A DNA stretch of 63,605 nucleotides, filler included, from Collodictyon triciliatum (lineage: Eukaryota), in the NCBI GenBank assembly GCA_043381765.1. It is 6 parts of 6 records of this genome, joined end to end, with 100 filler letters (N's around TTAATTAATTAA, not from the genome) between each part and the next. Parts side by side here need not be neighbours in the genome. Positions count along the whole stretch, not along the records: positions 20,853 to 36,922 come from JBHJMP010001585.1; positions 37,023 to 53,086 come from JBHJMP010001587.1; 4 more parts are not named here. One strand, 5' to 3'. Position 1 is the first letter of the stretch; the number at the start of each line of letters is the position of its first letter. Both the position numbers and the translations under genes were made by a program. The notes under the pieces are model-generated. The model ran no database searches. It was not told the origin of the DNA and was given only the letters and a program-made list of their open reading frames with translations. This document shows positions 28,678-39,237 of the stretch, piece by piece.

Positions 28678-29877
28678 TTCACACAGCTGCCCATCCATAC
28701 TCCTGGCTTTGACTCAGAACGGGCGTGTTTTTGTTTTTTGAAGCGCAAGATATACTCCACCCACCAATCCTCTCAGCCTCAGGTGTCTGCGGTATCTACT
28801 TTACGACATACACACATATATATTTCCTCTACATTTTTTACATTCCGTTCTTCTCTCACAATCGGAGGAATAGACATAAACATGCATGGAGGCACAGAGT
28901 CAAAATGGAGATGCGTGGTTGCGCTAAGGTCTCCACATCCGAAGCAACTGGCCTTCTCTCTCCGGCTCGGGACTGCACACAGAGAGGCCAATGCGTTCAC
29001 TTTCCTGGCACAAAGCGCATAACTTTCACGAATGAATCCCCAATCAAGATATGATTTAGTCCAAGACGAGAGACACTCCCGTCCCGACACAGAAATAGGA
29101 AGAAGCAGAAGGCAAAAGGCGGAAGGAGAAGCGATAATCAAAAGCCCAGTAAAGAAGACACAGCAAAGCAAGAGGGAAGAGAGGACGGCAGGGCGCAGTC
29201 AGAGGCGGCAGGGGAAGAGAAGGGCGGGCGAGTCGGACGAGTCAAAGAGACGCACGTCGGCGGCCGAGTTTGGCGAGGGGGATGTGCGCAGAGCACACAG
29301 GGCGGCCACGGCAGCATCGGCCCCGCGCGGGTGTGGCTGTGGCTGTGGTTGTGGCTGTGTTTGTGGCGGAGACAGGCTGGACACAAGCGGGTGGCGGGGC
29401 GGGGCGGCTGTGGCTGTCTCGGCGTCCAGGATGTGGCCGTGGTCTGTGGCTGTGGAGCAGTCAGACAGCGTGTCGCAGTGGATGGCGTGGCTGTGGCTGT
29501 GGCTGTGGCAGCAGCTGTGTGTGGGCGGCAGCGTCGGCAGCGGCAGCGGGAGGGGCGGCGGGTAGTTGAGCATGAGTGGATGCGCGTAGAGCGGCAGAGA
29601 GAGGGCGGCGATGGAGGGAAGCAGCGGCTGTGGCAGCGGCTGTGGTTGTGGTTGTGGCTGTGGCTGTGGCAGGCGGCGTGGCGGGAAGGGGCGCGGCGGG
29701 AAGTGCGGGGCCGGGCGCGAGGAACTCTTGCGGGGCGGCGGGCGGCGCAGGGGCAGCAGGGCGGCTGTGGCGGCAGCCGGGTCTGTGGCAGCCTTTGTGG
29801 CAGCGGCAACGAGTGTGGCAGCCAGTGGGCCTTCGCGGTCCTCGTGCTTCTTGCCCCAGGCGCGCGTGTAGTTCCCG
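28678..29877 (-). CDS. Hypothetical low-complexity protein, 3' part, ending ..TPVLSQSQEYGWAAV*; 5' end lost in gap
   Basis: GC-rich coding-like exon with a donor near 29256 and a terminal exon of about 28794-28678. Middle exon frame unresolved. Confidence 0.4.
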
Positions 29878-30749
29878 NNNNNNNNNNNNNNNNNNNNNNN
29901 NNNNNNNNNNNNNNNNNNNNNNNNNNNNNNNNNNNNNNNNNNNNNNNNNNNNNNNNNNNNNNNNNNNNNNNNNNNNNNNNNNNNNNNNNNNNNNNNNNNN
30001 NNNNNNNNNNNNNNNNNNNNNNNNNNNNNNNNNNNNNNNNNNNNNNNNNNNNNNNNNNNNNNNNNNNNNNNNNNNNNNNNNNNNNNNNNNNNNNNNNNNN
30101 NNNNNNNNNNNNNNNNNNNNNNNNNNNNNNNNNNNNNNNNNNNNNNNNNNNNNNNNNNNNNNNNNNNNNNNNNNNNNNNNNNNNNNNNNNNNNNNNNNNN
30201 NNNNNNNNNNNNNNNNNNNNNNNNNNNNNNNNNNNNNNNNNNNNNNNNNNNNNNNNNNNNNNNNNNNNNNNNNNNNNNNNNNNNNNNNNNNNNNNNNNNN
30301 NNNNNNNNNNNNNNNNNNNNNNNNNNNNNNNNNNNNNNNNNNNNNNNNNNNNNNNNNNNNNNNNNNNNNNNNNNNNNNNNNNNNNNNNNNNNNNNNNNNN
30401 NNNNNNNNNNNNNNNNNNNNNNNNNNNNNNNNNATGGGTATTATTATATTTAACCATAAAACGGTTGCTATGTATTAGACATTATAATTGAAACACTTCT
30501 TCAATACTATTGTATTAATATATATCCTTGGTTTATTATGAATCGAATCAAAATAATATCACTATCGTTTTATTTACGTGTGGCTTATTATTTTTGCAAT
30601 CTATTTAATTTATATTTTTAAAATTAGAAATTAACAATACAAAACGATGCGTGTAATGTAAAATTTGTCAATAATGAATTATTTGAAATAAAAAATCAAC
30701 GAAATAAATTATTTTTTAATTTTAAAATCACATCAATCTTATTTATAGA

Positions 30750-33700
30750 ATGGGATTGAAATCAAAGTCATCTGCATTCGCGTCGCTGTTTGGTGTGTTA
30801 TTTATAATACATTTTTTCTTTAATTGACCTAAAATTACAAAAAAAAAAACTAAATTATTCGACAAAAGCCTTTATTGATAGCTCTCATGCTAACAATTTT
30901 TTGATTTAAAATAAAATTATTATTCTAGGAATTTTAATATGCATTAAAATATGTCAAGTTGAAGCAGTGGATGATTTCTTGATTCGCACGTTGACTGGTC
31001 ATTCCAGTTATGTTTACAGTGTTGCTGTTACTCCTGATAACTCAAAAATTATTTCTGGAAGCTATGGAGAAATCAAGATCTGGAATCTATCTGATGGAAC
31101 ATTGATTCGCACATTGAATGGTCATACTAGTTTTGTTACAAGTATTGCTGTTACTCCTGATGGTTCAAAAATTGTTTCTGGAAGTCTGGATTGGACAATC
31201 ATAATTTGGAATCTCTCTGATGGAGCTTTAATTCGCACATTGAGTGGTCATACTAGTCATGTTTGGGATGTTGCTGTTACTTTTAATGTCTCAAAAATCA
31301 TTTCAGGAAGTAGTGATAAATCAATCAAAATCTGGAACCTTTCTGATGGAACATTGATTCGCAATTTGACTGGTCATACTAATATTGTTAGTACTGTTGC
31401 TGTTACTCCTGATAGTTCAAAAATTGTGTCTGGAAGTTACGATAATACAATCAAAATTTGGAATATTTCTGATGGAGCTTTGATTCGCACATTGACTGGC
31501 CATACTAGTATTGTTGAAAGTGTTGCTGTTACTCCTGATAGTTCAAAAATCGTTTCTGGAAGTAGTGATAATTCAATCAAAATCTGGAACTTTTCTGATG
31601 AAACCTTGATTCGCACATTGGCTGGTCATACTAATACTGTTAGCACTGTTGCTGTTACTCCTGACAGTTCAAAAATCATTTCAGGAAGTAGTGATAATTC
31701 AATCAAAATCTGGAACCTTTCTGATGGAACCTTGATTCGCACATTGACTGCTCATACTGATGATGTAACCAGTGTTGCTGTTACTCCTGATGGCTCAAAA
31801 TTCGTTTCTGGAAGCTGGGATAGAACAATCAAAACATGGGGACTTTGTGTTTCTGGTTTTTTTTATGATTCAATTTCAAAGTCTTGTCAAATATGCCCAT
31901 CTGGAACCTATGGTATTGGAGGAACATCATCATGTTCTTTATGCCCAGCTGGGACATACAATCCATCTAATGGATCTACAAGTCTTTCTGATTGCATTTC
32001 ATGTGAAGCAGGTGCGTACACTAAATTAACTGGTCAAAGTTACTGCATTAAATGTGCAGTAGGTACTTACAACCCTAAAACAGATCAAACTGTTTGCATT
32101 TCATGCCCACTTGGCACTTACAATAATAACACTGGTTCTACAAGCTCTGCTTCCTGCATTTTTTGCGAGGAAGGAAAGTATAGCAACAAGACAGGTCAGG
32201 CATCATGCCTTAATTGCGAACCAGGAACATACACTAATATACGTGGACAGACATCGTGTTTTGATTGTCCATTAGGATTCTATAATGAAGAGCCAGGAAA
32301 AAAGTTTTGCACAGCTTGCAGCCCAGGAACATATTCGAATTCTACTAAAGGGACATCTTGTGAAAAATGTCCAGCCGGTTCATACAACCCAGATGTCGCA
32401 TCAACCAGTGTAACTAACTGTCTGTCATGCCCGAAAGGAAGATATTCATCAAAATCAGGTGAGTCTACATGTGAAATTTGTCAATCTGGTTCGTACAATC
32501 AATATCAAGGTCAGACTGGGTGCACTAATTGCACTGACGGAACATATAATCCAAGATTTGGCTCCAGTTCGAATACATCATGTATTCAATGCCCAAAAGG
32601 AACTTATGGAAATGAACAAAGAGATGAATGTTTATCGTGCTCAGCTGGTACATTTAATGAAAAAACTAGTTCATTCAATCAATCATCGTGTATTTCATGT
32701 CCAAATGGAAGCTACAGCTCAGAAAGAAGCTCATCATGCAGTTTGTGCCCATCAGGATATTATCAAAAAGAAGGAATTATTAAAAACTCAAGCTCATGCT
32801 ACACATGTCCAAAAGGCACATTCAACTCAAAATCCGGTTCGTATGGAGACAAGTCATGTATTGAATGTCCACAAGGCACTTGGAATGACAGAGATGGTCA
32901 AGCGTCATGCACATCATGTCCAGCTGGTACATTCAATAACAAAACTGGATCATTTGAATTATCATCATGCATCCCATGTCAAAATGGAAGCTACAGCTCA
33001 GAAGGTAGCTCATCATGCAGCTTATGTTTATCAGGATTCTATCAAAAAGAATATGCCACGAAAAACTCAAGCTCATGCCTCACATGTCCAAGAGGCACAT
33101 TCAACTCAAAATCCGGTTCGTATGGAGACAAGTCATGTATTGAATGTCCACAAGGTACTTGGAACGAGAGAGATGGTCAAGCGTCATGCACATCATGTCC
33201 AGCTGGTACATTAAACAACAAAACTGGGGCATTTGATGAATCATTATGCATTTCATGTCCAAATGGTAGCTACAGCTCAATTGGAAGCTCATCATGCAGC
33301 TTTTGCTCATCAGGGTTCTATCAAAAAGAAGACGTCCCGAAAAATTCAAGCTCATGCTACACCTGCCCAAAAGGCACATTCAACTCAAACTCCGGCTCAT
33401 ATGGAGAATCATCATGCATTGAATGTCCACAAGGTACTTGGAATGATAGAGACGGACAAACATCATGCGCATCATGTCCAGTTGGTACATTCAACAACAA
33501 AACTGGTTCAATTGAATTATCATCATGCATTGAATGTCCAAACGGAAGCTACAGCCCAGAAAGAAGCGCATCATGCAGCTTGTGCTCATCAGGATTCTAT
33601 CAAAAAGAAGAAATGATGAAAAATTCAAGCTCATGCTATGCTTGTTCAAGAGGCACCTTCAACTCAAACTTCGGCTCATATGGAGATAAATCATGCACTG

Positions 33701-36700
33701 AATGTCCGCAAGGTACTTGGAATGACAGAGATGGTCAAGTGTCATGCACATCGTGTCCAGCTGGTACATTCAACAATGAAACGGGCTCATTCAATGCATA
33801 TTCGTGTAATTCGTGTCCAAACGGAAGCTACAGTCCAGAAAGAAGCTCATCATGCAGGTTATGTTCACCAGGATTCTATCAAAAAGAGGGAATCATTAAA
33901 AACTCAAGCTCGTGCTACACCTGCCCAAAAGGCACATTCAACTCAAACTCCGGCTCATATGGAGAATCGTCATGCACTGAATGTCCGCAAGGCACTTGGA
34001 ATGATAGAGATGGTCAAGCATCATGCACATCATGTCCAGCAGGAACATTCAACAATCAAACGGGCTCATTTAATCAATCATCGTGTATTACATGTCACGA
34101 TGGAAGCTACAGCTCAGAAAGGAGCTCGTCATGCAGCTTATGCTTATCAGGATTCTATCAAAAAGAGAGAATCATAAAAAACTCAAGCTCATGCTACACC
34201 TGCCCAAAAGGCACATTCAACTCAAACTCCGGCTCATCTGGAGAATCATCATGCATCGAGTGTCCACAGGGCACTTGGAATGATAGAGAAGGTCAAGCAT
34301 CATGCACATCATGTCCTGCTGGTACATTCAACAATAAAACTGGCTCATTTGGTGATTCATGCATTTCATGTCCAAACGGAAGCTACAGCTCAGAAAGAAG
34401 CGCATCATGCAGCTTATGCTCACCAGGATTCTATCAAATAGAGTATGTCCTGAAAAACTCAAGCTCATGCTATGCTTGTCTAAAAGGTACATTCAATTCC
34501 AACTCAGGCTCATATGGCAGCTCGTCATGTGTTGAATGTCCACAAGGTACATGGAATGATAGAGACGGACAAACATCATGCATATCATGCCCAGCTGGTA
34601 CATACAATAACGAATTAGGCTCATTTGATCAATCATCATGCCTTTCATGTCCAGACGGAAGCTACAGCTCAGAAAGAAGCGCATCATGCAGCTTATGTCC
34701 ATCAGGATTCTATCAAAAAGGGGGAATCACAAAAAATTCAAGCTCATGTTACTCTTGTCCAAAAGGCACATTCAACTCAAAATCTGGCTCATATGGAAAC
34801 AAATCATCGTGCATTGAATGTCCACAAGGCACATGGAATGATAGAAATGGCCAAGCATCATGCACATCATGTCCAGCAGGAACATTCAATGATAAAACTG
34901 GCTCATTCAATCAATCATCATGCATTTCATGTCCAAATGGAAGTTACAGTCCGGAGAGAAGCTCTTCTTGCAATTCATGTCCCACACGCTCAACTACAAC
35001 TAAAGAGGGCTCTGAATCAATTCATAATTGCACGTGCTTGCATTCGTACATATCATTCGATGGTGCTTGCACATGCCCTCCAGGACAGTTTGAGGATGGA
35101 AATAAATGCGTTTCTTGCAGACTTGGTTCATACAAATCAACAAACGGCACAAATTTCTGCCTTTCATGCGGTGATAAGTTTACGACAATATATAATGGCT
35201 CGATGAACTCAACCGATTGTGTTTGTAGTACTGGATTTGAACTCAGGAACTCCACTTGCGAATGCAAACCTGGGTGGTATGAAAAGCAGAAGAACTGCTA
35301 CGAATGTCCACCAAGCACTTACAATGAAAACTTTGGACAAAGCTTTTGCGAAAAATGCCCAATGAATTCATTCACAAATATGACTGCATCAATATCAATA
35401 TCAGAATGTAAATGTATTCCATCTACATATCTCGAGGCAAAGACCAAGCGGTGCAAAGATTGTCCAACAGGCTTTATCTGTGATGGAAACACTCAACCGA
35501 GTGTCGCACCAGGATATTGGCAAGCGCCTTCATCAAATGGAGAATACATCGCTTACAAATGTCTGAATGAAGATGCTTGCAACGGAGGGAATAATACATG
35601 TGCTGAAGGATATAACGGAGCTTTATGCAGTGTTTGTGAAAAGGGGTTTGGTAAAACCGGTGTTTATTGCACTAAATGCCCCAACCAAGGAACGAGTGGA
35701 TTTTTAGTTTTTCTCAGCATTGCGGTACCTCTATTGTTTGTTCTGTTCATGATAGAGCAATCAAGACAACCAAAGACAGCTAAAATACAGATTCTAAAAA
35801 CACTTGCATCTCATTTTCAAGTTTTGTCATATCTGGCGAACTTCGATGTCGACTGGAGCTCCACCATATTCTCCATAATGAAAATACCAGCTCTCTTTTC
35901 ATTTTCTCTTTCTATAGACACGTATCCAATTGAATGTAGATTTGAAATGACAATTTACGATAAGGTTCTGTATTCGATGATGACTCCTCTGATGTTAATA
36001 GGACTGGTTCTTTCTATAGTTACAGCCAAAATTGTGTGGAAACTAAGAACTAATCAAATTAATAGCAGAGATGTTACTTTCTTCAAAATCAACCAAGAGT
36101 TTATTTTTTCCATGCTGGTTATGCTATTTTTTGTTCATCCCACGATTATGTCGTCAATATCAAACATATTCCGTTGCGAGAGGTTTGGTGATGAAAGTTA
36201 CTTAAAGGCTGACATGTCCATAATGTGTGATGATACAACATACCTCATTTGGAAAAATATTGCTCTTGTTTATGTGATTCTTTACTGCTTTGGTGGCCCG
36301 TTTATTCTCGCTGCATACATGCTCTACAAAAGGTCATCACTGATTGATCCAGCATCAAATGCTTACAACTTACTCCGATTTTTGGTTGATGGATATACGG
36401 AAGAATGCTTTTACTGGGAAATTGTGACTATGATGCAAAAGCTGCTAGTCGTTTTGATAAGCATTTTCTTTTCTTCAGCCTTGCAAATTTACTTTGGATT
36501 GTGGTTACTTTTAATGACTATTGCATCATCTCTTTATTTCAAGCCATTTATGTCCGATGTGCTCAGGAAGTCACAGCTTTACTCAATATCGGTCCTTTAC
36601 TTCACCTTGATGACAAGCCTTCTGTTCAGATATACAGACCTTAGTATAACTGCAGAATATTTTCTTGTGACACTGGTTGTTTTGTTGAACGTAATTATTG

Positions 36701-36891
36701 CAGTTGTCTCTTTAATGAAAGCTGGGCCTGCTGTGCTAATGTCTCTCTTGGGAAAAATGGAAATGTTTGTAGAGCCAATTTATGAAGCCGTGCTAAAATC
36801 ATCTGCAATTACTTACATGAAAAACAAATGGATTATTACCAGAGAAGAACAGGAAATGAAGGATTTCAATGATGCTACAACATCTCTTTAA
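30750..36891 (+). CDS. Large surface receptor: signal peptide, 7 WD40 repeats, GCC2/GCC3 (ephrin-receptor-like) Cys-rich stalk, ~9-helix membrane domain
   Basis: Exon 30750-30792 splices in phase to 30929-36891 giving MGLKSKSSAFASLFGILICIKICQVEA|VDD. Then GH..W(N) repeats, CxxCPxGT(Y/F) repeats, a PGYW..C..G..GALCxVC juxtamembrane motif and hydrophobic helices with FYWE and KPF motifs. Confidence 0.92.
30979..31840 (+). repeat. Seven highly similar 126-bp WD40-coding repeats
   Basis: Unit starts 30979, 31102, 31228, 31354, 31480, 31606, 31732 (first unit one codon short). Confidence 0.95.
32737..34968 (+). repeat. Eight ~279-bp (93-aa) Cys-rich coding tandem repeats
   Basis: Unit starts 32737, 33016, 33295, 33574, 33853, 34132, 34408, 34687. 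Confidence 0.95.
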
Positions 36892-36922
36892 AATTTGCTT
36901 CAAATTTCTCTCACTCACTCAC

Positions 36923-37022
36923 NNNNNNNNNNNNNNNNNNNNNNNNNNNNNNNNNNNNNNNNNNNNTTAATTAATTAANNNNNNNNNNNNNNNNNNNNNN
37001 NNNNNNNNNNNNNNNNNNNNNN
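36923..37022. other. Artificial contig linker
   Basis: TTAATTAATTAA at 36967-36978 within N runs. Confidence 0.95.
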
Positions 37023-37422
37023 AGGTCGAAGATATGATTGACCAACGCAGACAACAACGAGAACAGCAGAAGGAGCAGGAAGCGGAGGAGCTAATGAGAC
37101 AGAAGGAAATGGTGGAGCTACGCAACAAGTTGATTGAGCAGGAACGCCAACGATTGCTACGCGAACACGCAACTAAATTACTTGGCCATCTTCCAAAGGT
37201 TGAGGAATCTTAAATCACATACACGGAAAAAAAAAGGATCGAAAATCATATGTACTTACAACCACCCATTTCCATGCGAATGAATGAGTTGTCCAACACA
37301 ATGAAACCACATAGGGCGTTTTCTCTAACGATGCCGAGGTAGAGGCCATGCCCGAGGAAGTTCGAACAACAATCCGCCAGCGACCAAGCTCTCGTGCATC
37401 GTCGAGTGGTAGCCTCTATTAA
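37023..37422 (+). CDS. MNS1: MNS1 copy A, last two exons only (truncated by linker)
   Basis: Near-identical to 41380-41781; ..LLREHATKLLGHLPK|GVFSNDAEVE..SSSGSLY*. Confidence 0.85.
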
Positions 37423-39237
37423 CAACAAACCAGATATTTACCGCCGCCTTACCTCCCAAACAACCATGCCTTTTTTTTTCTCCTATTTTCCCCCTCTGTT
37501 TCTTTTCCTTTCCTTTCCTACAAATAAATCCAACATGGACGATATTTGCTGCATATTGTCTGAATCCGCACTGAAGCAACATGACCATGTTTAGAATTCA
37601 ATTTTATTGCTAGAGGAAGGAGAATAGGGGGAGGGATTCTCCTTATGAGAAACATCAAAGCATAGATGAAGCTTTTTAAAGTATTATTGAAAGTAAATTT
37701 GCACGGTTTGTTTGTTTGTTTGTTTGTTTGAAAAAGAATATCCAAGGTTGATATATTATATACCAACAATGTGAATAAATGAAGTGATCACACTGGGAGG
37801 GATACTTGAGAGAATTAAGAAAAAACACAATAATTAAGAAAAAGTCCCCTTTGCTGAGAAATAAATACACGGACAGAGACAGAAGACTCACACTTCGTAA
37901 AATAATATTATTACACTGGCGCTCTTTCCTTCTTCCCCCAACCCATCACATTCTGAAGCCGGAAAAGAAAAACACGCAAGCAATCGTAGAGAGGAATCCC
38001 GAGAAGGACGAGACCGCCTACCAGGAGACCGGCGCCAATGAATGCCTACTGACCGTACGCAAACCGAGAAGGCCGACGAAGCCGACTCAGAGAGCAAAAA
38101 GGTAACTTTACCACATCCCTTACAGCACATTTTAGGCACAGAGACACACCGACGACCAAGACGCCAGCCGCCACCGACCTGTGAGTACAACAAACTACTA
38201 ATAATATGGATCGAGCTCTATGATGGTGCTAGGTAGAAGCGAATTGATAGTCTTTTGCACACGGAGCATGAGGATGCGGCGCGCAATGAGGTCAACTCCG
38301 TGGCATGGACGACTCCAATGCTCCTAGCCTGCCAACATAGTGAGATCTCAAAAATACAATATTGCCACCCATAGAATAATAAACCAAATATCATTTATTG
38401 TTTGGCATTAATATTATGTGTAAAATGAAGAATCAAGTGAAGTCAAACATTCCCCTCAATGAAGTGGGCTAAAACAATTACTTAAAAAACAGTTTAAGGT
38501 TTATATTATTTAAAATGATCGAGGTATTTTATTGACGACTTTTTATGATAGTAAATGATGTTTTAAGAAGCTTGAATATCGAATGACATATTAATATAAA
38601 AAAAACTGTATAGTTCGATTTGACGAAGCAAGAAGATAAGCAAAAGGCCATTTTATCGNNNNNNNNNNNNNNNNNNNNNNNNNNNNNNNNNNNNNNNNNN
38701 NNNNNNNNNNNNNNNNNNNNNNNNNNNNNNNNNNNNNNNNNNNNNNNNNNNNNNNNNNNNNNNNNNNNNNNNNNNNNNNNNNNNNNNNNNNNNNNNNNNN
38801 NNNNNNNNNNNNNNNNNNNNNNNNNNNNNNNNNNNNNNNNNNNNNNNNNNNNNNNNNNNNNNNNNNNNNNNNNNNNNNNNNNNNNNNNNNNNNNNNNNNN
38901 NNNNNNNNNNNNNNNNNNNNNNNNNNNNNNNNNNNNNNNNNNNNNNNNNNNNNNNNNNNNNNNNNNNNNNNNNNNNNNNNNNNNNNNNNNNNNNNNNNNN
39001 NNNNNNNNNNNNNNNNNNNNNNNNNNNNNNNNNNNNNNNNNNNNNNNNNNNNNNNNNNNNNNNNNNNNNNNNNNNNNNNNNNNNNNNNNNNNNNNNNNNN
39101 NNNNNNNNNNNNNNNNNNNNNNNNNNNNNNNNNNNNNNNNNNNNNNNNNNNNNNNNNNNNNNNNNNNNNNNNNNNNNNNNNNNNNNNNNNNNNNNNNNNN
39201 NNNNNNNNNNNNNNNNNNNNNNNNNNNNNNNNNNNNN

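Noticed and set aside
30979-34968. CRISPR-like array or diversity-generating retroelement
   Set aside because: Repeats are in-frame coding units without spacers; no reverse transcriptase or template repeat in the window
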